NCBI GenBank assembly: GCA_046563655.1
Contig: CM102286.1
Span: forward strand, 14,818,001 to 14,882,000
DNA from: Yuukianura sp. NJ FZ-2021
Taxonomy: Eukaryota
Length of the DNA: 64,000 nucleotides
Reading direction: 5' to 3'
Shown: one piece after another, positions 49,201-62,115 of the stretch
Numbering within the stretch: the stretch's first letter is position 1
Layout of the letters: each line of letters starts with the position of its first letter
The notes under the pieces: model-generated
Told to the model about the DNA's origin: nothing
Seen by the model: the letters and a program-made list of their open reading frames with translations, nothing else
The model's database searches: none
Made by a program: the position numbers and the translations under genes

Positions 49201-52200
49201 GGGTGGGGAGGTGACCGTGGTGGGGGGTGGGGAGGTGGCTTTGGTGGAGCATGCGATGGCCACGCCCACAACTTCGACTGATTCCGGAAGTGGGAGTGGT
49301 GGGGGGAGTGGAAGCACTGCGGAAGGCAGTTTGTTGTTAGCTAGGCACTGGGGGCCGGAAAAACTGGTAAGATTTTTAGAGAAAAAGTGAAATTTTGACA
49401 AAAATCAAAAATTTTGAACTTTTTTTTTCCTGAAGGTTGAAATTTATCGAGAGCCGAACAAGAGTCTTGGGATAAGCATCGTGGGTGGGAAAGTTGATCT
49501 GTACAATTCTGGTGGGCCGGACAGTCAATCCCCAAGTGCAATTTCTGGAATTTTTATCAAAAATGTTCTTCCGAATAGTCCGGCAGGAAAACCAGGATCT
49601 TTCAAGGTCACTCAAAAAAATGCCGCCAAAAGAAAAAAAAGTCGTAAAATTGAATTTTGTTTACGTAACTTTTGTTTGATCTTTTTGTAAACAGGCTGGT
49701 AGCAGATCTCCGAGATCTCAAGGTCTTTGTGTGGGTGATATGATTTTGGAGGTAAGATTTCGCACAACCAGAAATATTTTCAAAATTTTATATAATTTTT
49801 TAGTTTTTTGAAAAGTTGTTGATGTAATTGTTGTTTAGGTAAATGGAATCAGTTTGAGAGCTGCAAGTCATGAGAAGGCTGTTGACATTATACGAGCAGC
49901 AGGAAATCCTGTTCGATTTTTGGTTCAAAGTCTTGTCCAATGGGTAAGCTGTATTACTAAATTTGGCAAAAATTTGAAATCTTGAAAATGTAAAATTTTG
50001 AAAATTCTTGTTTTCTCTACTAAATTCTTCTTCCTCGCTTAATTCTTCTTCCTCTACTTTGCAATTTGGTTTAAAAACTAACAAAATTTTACTTTTTTCT
50101 TCTTTTTTTCTCTAAAATTGGGCAATTGCAGACGGAAATGGGAAATTCCATTGACGAATCCGAGGCTTCCAGGTCATCTGACACTTCGCATTCCCAAACA
50201 AACCGGTCGCAGTCGCAATCACAGTCGACGACGAGTTCTTGCACGAGTGACTCCACCGTGACGAACAGTGAAACTTCCACAGCATCTTCCAGTAGTTACA
50301 CAACTACGAGATCAGTAGATGGATCCACGGAGTGCTACACTTCCACTGAAGAGAGTGACAAAGTCACGCAGAAACCGAGACATGAAACGATTTCAGAAGT
50401 GGACGATGCAGAACATCAGGAGTTGATGGAGGATGATGGAGAGGTCAAAGGTCAAGGTGATTCGGACATTGAAGAAGAGGAAGTTGTCACTGCTGTAACA
50501 TCCATTCAACATTCACCAACTACGCCTGAGAGGATCATCCAGGTATAAACTTAATTTCACTTCCGTCTGTCGTGTTCAAAACTTTCTTCAACTTTTCACT
50601 TTTGTCATGCATTTTTGAGAGAAAAAAAACTTCTGCTCTCTTCTTCTTTTTAAAATGAGTCGTCTTCGTCGTGAATTTGCCTTGTCGTCATCATGGTCTT
50701 GGCCTTTTTCGCTTGCATGCCAATTTTTGAATTTTTTTAATCTTTGAATTTTTTTCAAATTTTTTTTATCATGAACGATTTTTTAAAACTATTCCAGCTC
50801 GGAATGGTGATTTCAAACTTTCGTTTTCTTCAATTTTCATTTTTTGGTGTGATACAAAATTTTTAGGAAAAAAAATAACGTTGGCGCGTAGTTTTCAAAA
50901 TTTTGGACATTCTACTTCGACTCCGAAACTTCTGAAAATTCTTAAACGATTTTTTTGAGCAAGGCAAAATTTTGGACAAAAAAATTTCCCTAACTGAAAA
51001 AATTTGTTGATTGGTTTGGTTCCTTCTGGACTTGAAAAATTTCATCTTCTTCATTCCGCCACCTCTTTTCGTTCCTATTTTTCTTTGGTTCTGTGTGCAA
51101 ATTTTCCTTTGACCAATTAATGTCAACAGTTTTTTAAAAAGTGAAAAAGAAACAAAAACAGTTTTTGGAAAAACATGAAAGTTGAGACTAACAAGCCTAA
51201 GCGTATTAGATTTATTCTTTTGAATCTTGTTTACTTTTAGCATCCGAAAACAGCTTTTGACACATTTCTTGCTACAAAAAAAAAAGTTTGAGTTTGTTCA
51301 TTTTTTTTTGCTTCTCAATTTTATTTTTTGATTTTGTAGTCTTGAACGCTTGAATGAGAAGATTTGAGTAGAAAATTTGAAAAAATTGAAATACGTTAAA
51401 GTTTAAAGATTTGGAAGTTAGAAAAAGGAATTCCTTAAAATGAAAATATGAAAATGTTTTTTCAATGTGCCAAAACCTGAGAATTTGTAACCTTATTTTC
51501 CTTTTTTGTTTTCTTTTGTGTCTTTGCAGTAGTAAGAGGCGGAAAAAAGAAAATTTGAATTTGGAAGCGAGGGAGAATTTGAATTTCCCGCCTGTTTGCT
51601 CCTCCCTGTCATGTCACTAGTTTCATCCTGTGTCAAGGCAGGACCGCTGGCTGTTTGTTCCCATCTCTGTATTTCTTTCTTTCAAAAACCTCCGTGTCTT
51701 CCTCCAATGCAAGCAACCAAACCAATCAAAATCTTCCAACGAGGTCAAAGGTCACACTCAACTCCACATCGGAATTCCCTTTGTTCTTACCACTTTTGTC
51801 CAAACCTGGCAGAAACCCACAACTATGTCATTTTTTGTGAAATTTTTTAGTTTCTGCCATTTTTAGTGTCATTTTATCCAGTTGGCAAAAAGTCGGCAGA
51901 AACCAAACCGGCAGCAGTGTTGCTGGATATCCACTTTTTTGACGTTTCGTCCAGTGTATAATATATTCATCCGGAAGAAACAGCTGGATAAAATATTTTA
52001 TCCATCCAACAATACTTACTGGCAATCCAGAACTTGGCAAATTTTTCAGTTTCTGCCAGCTTCCAAATTTTACCAACCCGGCAAAAACTGGCTGTTTTGT
52101 TTCTGCCATTTGGTTTCTGCCATCTGCCATGCACATGAACAATAAACTGCCAAAAGTTGTCAAAACCCGTTGTTTAAAAAGTTCAAGGTCAAGGTGCTCT

Positions 52201-55200
52201 CTTCAAAATTTAAAGACAAAAACAAAAAACGTGAATAGAATGTCCATAATTTTAGAAATTAAGTTTTAGTTATTGACGCTCACGACTTTAGGTTAACTTC
52301 TAAGCTTAGACCATAAACTTAAAGTTAAAAACTGGAGAAACGAAATAAACAAAAAAATTTTGGTAGCGGAAAAGTCAGTTTCTTTTGAACTTTTATGAAC
52401 TCTTTTTTTAATTTCCAAAAGTTTGGCATAAATAAATAATTTTTGTTTGAATTGAAGCCGGAACTGTTTGAACAAGCACAAAACGGAGAAGAGGAGGAGA
52501 ATGAAGAGGGGCTTTTGGCAAGCGTCGCAGAGTCTGTTGTCACGGTCAAGTCTTCAGAAGTTGAGGCTTCACCGTTGCCATCACCATCCACCGCCGCGGT
52601 CACAGCCACCGCCGCGGTCACGGCCACTGTTGTTGTTGACACTAGTACAACATCAGACTCACACTCTTCAGAAGACGACGACCAGGCAGCAGGACTCTTG
52701 CAAGGTCGCGTCTTCACCAAAGCTGGAATCGAGGTAACTTTCTTTTTTGAACTTTTTTTATTTTTTTTAAAAGTTTTCATTTTTTTAAAGTTTTCATTTT
52801 TAAAATTCCCCACGGCCTTTGTGATGATTTATTGACTTTTGAAAACTGTCAAGAGTTAGAGAAGGTCTCTCGAGAGCGACTGTAGAAATTTTTTTTTAAA
52901 TTTTGAAAACGACGACGACGGAGTTGTGCTATTGTGCATGTGTCGCTGGCAGTTTGCCAGTTTTAAAAAACTTTTTTTTTGAAAAGTTGGACTCTACATG
53001 AAATCCATTTTAAAAAAACACAATGCCAACACTTCTTATTTTTGTAAGAGTTAGATCGAAAAGGCTCTTTTAAACAGTAAAGTGCATGTGCAAAAACTTT
53101 TGAACAGTTGAGAATTTTTAAGTGTTTTGGCAAACAACTTTCTCTTCCGGACAATGGATTTTCTTGTTTCACTTTTTTGAGTTAAGTGAAACTGAAAAAG
53201 TCAAGTTTCTTGAAGTCTAAAAAAGTTTCAATTTCGAAAAAAAAATTGCGACGAAACTTATTTTGATGAAGACGAATTCGGAACAAAGCGGTTTTTGAGT
53301 GACATGATTACCGTGTCATTTCCAAAGTGACTTGTCCTCTTTCCACACGGTTTCACTTTTTTCAAAAAAATTTTTTTTCCAAAACGCGTTTTGCGACGGT
53401 TTTTTTTTGGATTACTTGGAGTGTTGTGCACGTCTGTGTAAGCAGTTGGGAGGAAGAAGTGGAGGAGGCTCAAGGGCTCCTTGGGCCACTTTCCAGAAAG
53501 TCCAAAATTCACATACTCAGTTCTGAGTTGGAGTTTTTGGTAAATCTCAGATCGATCGTGCCAGTGCTGGAGCGAGAAGGAGAACTAAAGAGGAGATGGG
53601 AACAGATCCAGAAACGGAAGATGAGTTTGGATATACGACAAGTAAGCACAATAACAAAGTCACAACAAAGTTATCCAAAGTTTCTTTTTAGTTTTCTGAA
53701 AAGTGCTAATGGATTTTTGAAATGATTTTGTGTTTAGTGAAAGTGGAGAAACGGTGGAGCGAGTTGACGCGGAACGCAGAGAATGAAGTTTTTCTTGTGG
53801 ATTTGGTCAAAACGTGTTCCCGCTCCCTCGGACTGTCACTGGCAGGACACAAAGACAGGAACAAAATGGCAGTCGTAAGTGACCTTGTTGGCGACATTGA
53901 CATGGCGACATTGACGTGGCGACATTGGCATGGTGACATTGAAATGATGAGGGTGTCAACATGCCAGGAACAGATTGACATTTGTTGACCTTGACATGGT
54001 GACATCAGCGAAAAAGTGGAGCTGAATTATTGAATTTTTTGTCGTTTTCAGTTTATCTGTGGAATCAATCCGCATGGAGAAGCTCACAAGAAAAAAATAC
54101 TCAAAGTGGGGGATGAAGTAAGAGGAACTTTTTTGAAAAAGCTTTTTGAACAAGAATTTTTACATTTTGAAATTTTTAGATTAATAGTTTTTGTATTTTT
54201 TTTAGATTCTAGAGTGCAATGGGCACGTGCTTTATGGACGTTGTCATTTGAACGCCTCCGCTCTCATCAAATCGTTGCCTCACAACCACATCAAGCTCAT
54301 CGTTCTTCGGTAAAAGGAAATATTTTTTTTTATATAAGTTTTTTTTTTGAAAATCAAATCTATGTTTATGAAAATTTGCAAAGTCCTTCACTTAAATTGA
54401 CAGTTGTTGTTGTAATTGAATATGGATTTGAAAACCTGGTTGTGGATTTAACAGTCTAATTTTTTACTCCCAGAAAACCAAATGCCTTGTCTGATCTCTC
54501 CGTGGCTCCTGTGGTCCACTTTCCAATTTCACTCGAGACTGAGGTTAGCCTAACCTAATCGCAAAAGTTAGCCTAACAAAGTTAGTTTTATGCAGAGTGT
54601 GGCACGTTTCAATTGAAAAATGAAGCGTGTTCCTGTGAAAGTGTCTCGTTTAATATGCATTTCTGGGAATGAACAGAGACCGGAGGAACGCTACTCCAGC
54701 TACCGTGGACTCCGAGTCATTACACTGCGGAAGGTAAATACATTACACTTTGTACAAATGTGGCAGACGTGATCCGTGTGCAACTAGACGTGTACGTGTA
54801 CGTGCTCAGTTGTACGTGTACGTGTGCGAACTCAGTCGTACGTGTTTCTTCATTGTAAGTTGCTGTTTCACCTTAAAGTAAATTTGAAATGTCCATTAAG
54901 GAAATCCCTTGGGTAATTTTGGATCATGCTGTACATGGATCACACTTTGCTACTTTTGCTACACTCTTTTGTGTTTGAGCGTGAGAATTGTTAATTGGAC
55001 GGTGGAAATGGACGTGTAATTTGAAACTGTTTGACTTCTTTGCAGACGGGCGGTGGACTGGGCATCATGATAATGGAGGGTAATTTGAACTAATAGAGAG
55101 GAAATGACGATGGACGAGGAGTGTAGAGTGCTAAATGGACAGATTAAGATCTGATGAGATCTTTTGTTTGGTTTCCAGGGAAACACGGGGAACTGGGTCA

Positions 55201-58200
55201 AGGAATCTTCATTTCGGATATCCAGGAAGGAAGTCTGGCGGAACAAAGTGGCTTGTTCGTTGGAGACATGATTTTGGCCGTTAATGGAATGTGAGATCAA
55301 ACAAAAGTTTTCGCTAGTTAGGTTAATAACCTAATTGGTTAACATTATTAGGCGAGTCGGATTAAGGGATTTAAGTTATAATTAGGCTAGTTATAGTTTG
55401 TTAACCTGGTCTTGATTAATGCAATTTTTTACTTTTCTGTGTCTAGGGATTTCGTGGGATTGGACTATGAACATGTAAGAGACGAAAAATTGGAAATTCG
55501 GTTGTTTGCTTAAGCTGTTCAGCCGAAGAACTTTTTTTTAAGACGTTAAAAATTTAGTAGGAAAATCACTCTTTTTAAATAACATAATTGGAAATTCCAA
55601 AACGTTAAAAATTTAGTAGGAAAATCACTCTTTTTAAATAACATAATTGGAAATTCCAAAACGTTAAAAATTTAGTAGGAAAATCACTCTTTTTAAATAA
55701 CATAATTGGAAATTCCAAAACGTTAAAAATTTAGTAGGAAAATCACTCTTTTTAAATAACATAATTCCAAATTTCAAAACGTTAAAAATTTAGTAGGAAA
55801 ATCACTCTTTTTAAATAACATAATTCCAAATTTCAAAACGTTAAAAATTTAGTAGGAAAATCACTCTTTTTAAATAACATAATTCCAAATTTCAAAACGT
55901 TAAAAATTTAGTAGGAAAATCACTCTTTTTAAATAACATAATTCCAAATTTCAAAACGTTAAAAATTTAGTAGGAAAATCACTCTTTTTAAATAACATAA
56001 TTCCAAATTTCAAAACGTTAAAAATTTAGTAGGAAAATCACTCTTTTTAAATAACATAATTCCAAATTTCAAAACGTTAAAAATTTAGTAGGAAAATCAC
56101 TCTTTTTAAATAACATAATTCCAAATTTCAAAACGTTAAAAATTTAGTAGGAAAATCACTCTTTTTAAATAACATAATTCCAAATTTCAAAACGTTAAAA
56201 ATTTAGTAGGAAAATCACTCTTTTTAAATAACATAATTCCAAATTTCAAAACGTTAAAAATTTAGTAGGAAAATCACTCTTTTTAAATAACATAATTCCA
56301 AATTTCAAAACGTTAAAAATTTAGTAGGAAAATCACTCTTTCTAAATAACATAATTCCAAATTCCAAAACGTTAAAAATTTAGTAGGAAAATCACTCTTT
56401 CTAAATAACATAATTCCAAATTCCAAAACGTTAAAAATTTAGTAGGAAAATCACTCTTTCTAAATAACATAATTCCAAATTCCAAAACGTTAAAAATTTA
56501 GTAGGAAAATCACTCTTTCTAAATAACATAATTCCAAATTTCAAAACGTTAAAAATTTAGTAGGAAAATCACTCTTTCTAAATAACATAATTCCAAATTT
56601 CAAAACGTTAAAAATTTAGTAGGAAAATCACACTTTCTAAATAACATAATTCCAAATTTCAAAACGTTAAAAATTTAGTAGGAAAATCACACTTTTTAAA
56701 TAACATAATTCCTTTCAATTTTAAAACACTTTTTTTCAATACTTTTTAGGCAGCTCAAACTCTAAAGAAAACTGAAGGAAATGTAACGCTTGTTGTTTGC
56801 AATGCGACAAAAGCAAAAGAGGAGAAACCGACGGATGATTCAAATCAACTGAAAATTCCTGACGACGTAGCCAAGTTATTGCATCCAGTCGAAATGGACA
56901 AGCCAAGTGAGTTTTAAGAATTTCCAAAAATTTCAAAATTTTTAACTTGTTATTTGAAAAATGTTGCTGGAGGGGTTATAACTGAAATTTCAAAAAGCTT
57001 ATCTATTTTTTCAAAATGAATGCTAAAAACACACTGTTCTGTCTGTCTTTTCTGAACTTCTCTTCTGTGCTGCTGTATTCCATTTTGCATGCTTATTCTC
57101 TCTGCTCTCTGCGCAAACTACACACTTTGCATGTACGCTGAATGGTGCTCTTGGGCCGTAAGTGTTTTGCAAAATTCTATTTCTGGAATTTTCAAAATTT
57201 GGAGGTCTTTACTTGAAGTGAGGACATTCTTGGGAATTTTTATGGAGAAAGTTTGAAATTTGAGTTTCATTTCACCATTTCTGTTTAGAACTGCCGCCAA
57301 AACCGTCAAAAATTCCATCTCCTTCGAAATTTGTGTCGCTTCTGCGGAAATCCACTTCGCCAACTCCTGCTGCTCCGGTGATGCCGAATGTACTGATGAT
57401 CAACGCTCAACCTGCACCTCAACCCATACCAAAATCAACCATTCCATCTCCCACTGCTGTCCATGCTACTCCATTGAACGTCTCTCCCACGACGTCCATG
57501 AATAAATTTGGGACGGATGGACGGCCAAAAGGACGGCACGAGGACGAATCCACTCATCCAGCTACATGTGAAATCCTTCCAGGAAAAGAAACGACAATTG
57601 AAATTAATAAAGACAGGGGATTGGGTAATCAAAACAATAATTCTTAGCCTGCAAAGTCAAAAAGTTGCCTGCAGAGTCAAAAAGTTGCCTGCAAAGTCAA
57701 AAAGTTGCACGCAATTGGCGGGCAGTTTGAAATGAAAAACTTATACTTTATGGTTGCTTTGCAGGAATTTCAATTCTTGGTGGCCAAGATACGCTTTTAG
57801 TAAGATCCAAAATCAAAAATTTTGAGGAGAAAGTTTGTTCAAAATTTTGAGAAAAAAGTTGTTCTTTTTTTAAATTCTTCTTTTTTCATAGGGTTCAGTG
57901 ATAATTCAAGAAGTTTATCCGGATGGGGCAGCAGCGAAGGACGGACGGCTCAAACCAGGAGATCAGTTGCTGTTTGTGAATAATGAAAACTTTCAAAATA
58001 TAACACACAGTAGAGCGTTGGCAGCATTGAGACAAACTCCGCCCAGAATCAAAATGGTCATCTACCGTGACGAAGTGGTGGAAGATGACATGTACGACAT
58101 TCTGGACATTGAGTTGACCAAGAAATCGGGCAAAGGGCTCGGCCTCTCCATTGTTTCTAGAAAAAACGGAAGCGGGGTTTTCATTTCAGATGTCGTTCCA

Positions 58201-59265
58201 GGTACCAATTTTTTCTAAAAAGTCAAAAAATTGAGGAAAATTTTTGATATTTTTATCAATTTTTGAAGGCGGTGCGGCTGAAGCCGATGGACGACTGATG
58301 AAAGGTGATCGAATTCTGGAAGTTTGCGGAAAGGATCTCAAGGAAGCTTCGCAAGAAGAGTAAACAACTTTTTCAAAAAAAAAGTTTTTTTTTAAATTTT
58401 GAATTTGAAAAATTGTTGTTTTTTTTTTTTTTAAATTCCAGTGCGGCCTCTGTACTAAAAACGGCCATGGGTACAATAGGAATGAAGATTGGTCGGTTCA
58501 AAGTTGGTTTAAATAAGAAGCTCATATCCTCAACTCTTCCTTCAAGTATTGATCTTCGGTGAGTTTTTGAATTCAAAATTTTCAAAATTCCAAATTTTGA
58601 AAAAGTATTGAAAACTTTTTCTAAACTTTTATGCTGCAAAAGGCAATAGTTTAATTTGCAAGTATAACAATGGGTAAGTTTTACGAAAACTATCAAGAAC
58701 TGCCAGTTTTTTTAACATTTTTTTTTCGTTTAGGAACACAACTGCTTCCTCTCTGGACAATCCAGTAGCGCCTAATTTGAATAATTCACCGACCCTTGGA
58801 GGAGCCCTTAATTCAAAATCCCATGGGGGCCCTTCAAATGGGGGCCCTTTGCCAAAATCAAGCTCCAGTGGCAGTCTTCTCAAAAGTAGTATTCCAGTAC
58901 CCTGCACCAGCAGCACTCCCGTAAGTACCCACATCAAGCGAATTGTCTTGGAAAAGGGAGAAGACGGCCTCGGATTTTCAATCGTTGGTAAGATTTTTTA
59001 AAAATTTTGAAAAACTAAAACCAGAAGTCAAATTGATTTTTCTAAAAACTTGTTTTAAGGCGGGTATGGGTCCTTGCAAGGAGATTTACCAATTTATATC
59101 AAGACTGTGTTTGAAAAAGGCGCTGCGGCCAAAGAGGGATCGCTGCGCCGCGGTGACCAACTGCTGGCCATTAACGACTGTTCCCTTGAAGGGCTCTACC
59201 ATCAACAAGTAGTGGAAATTTTGAAACAAGCTGAAGGAAAAGTTAAGCTCAGTGTTTTATCCTAA
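37268..59265 (+). CDS. Patj: Patj/MPDZ (MUPP1)-family multi-PDZ scaffold: N-terminal L27 plus ~11 PDZ domains, >40 exons
   Basis: L27 [40 protein letters not shown] resembles Drosophila Patj. PDZ loops [92 protein letters not shown]. Ends KVKLSVLS*. First exon uncertain. Confidence 0.9.
41025..41330. repeat. Degenerate ~40-bp tandem repeat (ggctaaccgaaatttttgagcttaagtt-like, ~8 units) in a Patj intron
   Basis: Recurrent (g)gctaac..aattt..tta motifs at ~40-bp spacing. Confidence 0.7.
44556..44672 (-). mobile_element. tRNA-derived SINE-like repeat in a Patj intron (antisense)
   Basis: Minus strand: TGTTATGGTAGCC..GACAGCTCAATGGTTAGAGCTCTTCCAGGATTGAAAAGACGTGGGTTCGAGTCCCACTCGGTTG then a T-run. 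Confidence 0.75.
46078..46192 (-). mobile_element. tRNA-derived SINE-like repeat in a Patj intron (antisense)
   Basis: Minus strand: TGTTAGGTAGCC..GATAGCCCAATGGTTAGAGC..CTGGATTGAAGAGACGTGGGTTCGAGGCCCAC. Confidence 0.75.
46737..46830 (-). mobile_element. tRNA-derived SINE-like repeat immediately after a splice donor (antisense)
   Basis: Minus strand: GATAGCTCAGGGGTTAGAGCTCTTCCCGGATTGAAGAGACATTGGTTCGAATCCAACTCGG. Confidence 0.72.
48440..48512. repeat. 14-bp tandem repeat (ttaggttttagacg) x~5
   Basis: Directly visible in the sequence; intronic. Confidence 0.85.
55543..56710. repeat. 59-bp minisatellite, ~20 near-identical units, in a Patj intron
   Basis: Unit aaacgttaaaaatttagtaggaaaatcactctttttaaataacataattccaaatttca repeated head-to-tail with no spacers. 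Confidence 0.97.
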
Positions 59266-59735
59266 ACCTAACGTAGGCTAAAAGCCTAACTGATTAGGCT
59301 AAAAACCTAAAGTTAAGTAGTGAAGACCAAACGTATCTTTAAAAGAGAATCATCTCAAGCCTCATTTCCTAAAAACTTAGTATTAAACTACTGTCAGTAT
59401 TTGTTGACTTAAGAGAATGACTATGTTAAATTTTGAAAACTACTATTGTTGTTCTAGATTTTTAGATTTTGGAGTAACCATTTTAAAAAATCCTGTACAA
59501 AACTAAACTGTTACCAGTGTCTTGTTAGAATTCCTGCTCGTTCCTTAGAAACTCACCGTGTTGCTTACAACTTTTAAGACAATCACAGAGAGGACACATC
59601 TATTTTCCAATTTAGAAAACTACTGTTCAATCTCAAAATTTATCAAAAGAGTACAATAAAAAGTTAGGCTCTACTTTTTTTTTAACCAATTTTTATTAAA
59701 TTTTTAGAATAGGATAAAGAATTGGTGGTTTTTGT

Positions 59736-60174
59736 TTAGCACTGCTTGACTGATCGAACAGTTGTGATCAAGTAGGATCCCTCTCCGAGTTGTCGTTTGT
59801 CGCCTTCGATAAGCCGATCCGAAGTTCCGGTACAGCCCCGATCCGAATACAAAATGAAGCAACCGACATTGTCAACAATAGACTGCGCAGTCATTCGGTT
59901 CGGCACGTCTTCACATCCGCCCTCTCCAGTCACACTTCCGCCATCAGAACCTTTTACAACAAAAACTTAATACGTTTTGAAAACTAAAATTTTAAAAATT
60001 GTTTTTTAAAACAGTTTTTACCGATGGCTTCTTGGTAGTCTATGAAATTTTCAGCACTGCAAACGCCACCTTCAACAAGTTAAGAATTAAAGCATATTGA
60101 ATATTTACTTTTGTGAAAACTTTGTTTTAAAACTTACAAAATGCAGCCAAGAGGAAGAAGGCAACAAGTTGCAT
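59736..60174 (-). CDS. Small secreted (~99 aa) single-domain beta/gamma-crystallin-like protein with 4 Cys in the mature part, 3 exons
   Basis: MQLVAFFLLAAF|CGVCSAENFIDYQEAI|GSDGGSVTGEGGCEDVP..GCFILYSDRGCTG..VRSVKQC*. Both phase-1 introns splice in frame. Confidence 0.7.
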
Positions 60175-61282
60175 GTCTATTTTTTTTTCGAAAACTTATT
60201 GCCAATGAAATTATTGAAAAATCAACTGAATCAATGAGGTTACGATAGGTCAGTTTTATAGCATTTTTAAATTGAAGTTAAGTAACTTTGATCAGCAATT
60301 AAGTTCGATTAATTGGGAATATTCGTTTTTGATCATTTTAAATTTCCGTGAGACAATGAGGCCATTCTGTGGTTCTTTTTCATTTTAATTACATCTACAG
60401 TCATTTAGATGAGGCAAAAATATTGAATATTTAACATGTAGGGGCTACAAACAAGTTGTTTTGAGATCAATTAGTTAGTAATTAGAGTTGTAGTTAACTA
60501 TAACTAGATTCAGCTCCTAGGTCAGTACGCATGTCCAGGAAGGGATCCACATTTCAGTTTATTCCTGTAAGAAGAAATGATGATAAATTAGTAGTGACCC
60601 TACGACGTTAGACAAACGTTGATTGAACTGTTTTAGTTTAGTCAGAGGTAGTGACGAAAGAGATGATTAATAATCACAGTTCAATCAGCGCCATTTGCTC
60701 GATACATCATTCCTAATTATAAAGTTAATGACAAAGAACTCAATTTAGAATCTAACCTTTTAGTTTATCCTGGATCATGTACCCATGTCACCCTTCAGTA
60801 ATTCGTAATTAGTAACTGTAATTAGTAGTTAAGTAATTAGTAATTCGTAATTACACAAAGACAAAATCAATCTTCTTCTGCCAACCTTCCTTAAAAAAGT
60901 GAATGGCAAAAAGCAGGTATGACAGCATGCTCAGGAAGCCACGTGTTTTACAAAAAATAAATAAAATAAAAATAAAGTTTTGCCCCGCTCTGTTTCGGGT
61001 GACAGCCATACGCCGGTGGAGTATACTTTAGTCCAACCGATTTGTTTTGACTTTTGACAAGAAGACGCTACAACAGCTGTTGGATTGTCAATAAATACTA
61101 AACTTACCTAATTGGTTTGCACAATTAATTAAATTCTAAACTGACTTGGTAGAGAATCCAGAAATTGCTGGGAAAATAGCGCTAGGAATTGAGGTAATTA
61201 CATTTACTTTTTTTTTATAGAGCTGCTTCTCATTTTTGTTTTGTACAATTTCGGTTGTTAACTAAATATTGGTTAATTATTA

Positions 61283-61682
61283 TTATACGCAGATGACATT
61301 TCCAACATCGGTGTGACATCGCGTGTAAGTGCAGGGATTGGCTTCGTCATCATGACAGTACAGGTCAAGGAATTCACCTCCGCTTCGCTTAATTTCACAT
61401 CCGGTACAAGAAGGGCTAATAGTACAGGAAATGCTGTAGAACCAGGAGGCTCTGCAAATAAATTTCCCATGTGAACAATGAATCTTAACAGCAGGACTCC
61501 GTTTGGCTCGGGACGGTGAGGCTACCTTCAGCAATTACACAAAAATAAGATTAATTTGTCAGAATCTTAATTGAATTCGGTTTTTAGGAATGAAGAAATA
61601 CTCTGTGGACAGATCCTCCATGGACACTAGCAAGAAACAGAACTACAACAAAGAAGACCGATATCACCAAAACGTGTTTCAT
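61283..61682 (-). CDS. Secreted Cys-rich prepropeptide (signal, pro region ending RAKR, 9-Cys mature peptide); exons 61682-61602, 61525-61283
   Basis: MKHVLVISVFFVVVLFLASVHG-GSVHR|VASPSRAKR-SPAVKIHC...VICV*. Phase-0 GT-AG intron. Confidence 0.72.
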
Positions 61683-62115
61683 CGTGATGAGATTGTATTT
61701 GCAATGTGAGATCAACAACGAAATGGAAAGTAGCACTGAACCCAGTAGAAGGCTTTGTTCTGGACTGCAAAAATAGTAAGCTGAACAGATGCTTATTTAT
61801 CTACTGTTTTTGGTAACTCTGACTCATCTGTTTCTATTCATAGCATCAAATACAAAGAAAAATTAGTGAGACACGACACTTCAGAATGGATATCATTTAC
61901 GCTTATTCCAGGAAGTGCGGCGGATGTGGAATTACGTGACTTGGTTTGGACGTGCCAATTTCAATGACATACTGATGACTCACACAAATGACACTAAAAA
62001 CCCGATGAGAAGTTGCGTAAAAGAGTAGTAAATTACTAAATTACTACTTTCAATTCCAAATGCTCTGGAAGTAAACTAAAGTTTATTGAGGTCAATGACC
62101 TTATAGTTTTGTACA

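Noticed and set aside
48874..49401. 175-aa Gly-rich minus-strand ORF
   Set aside because: Antisense shadow of the Pro-rich Patj exon. The same applies to 52325-52813 and 5882-6280.
55543..56710. CRISPR array
   Set aside because: Units are contiguous and near-identical with no unique spacers. The context is a eukaryotic intron with no cas genes.
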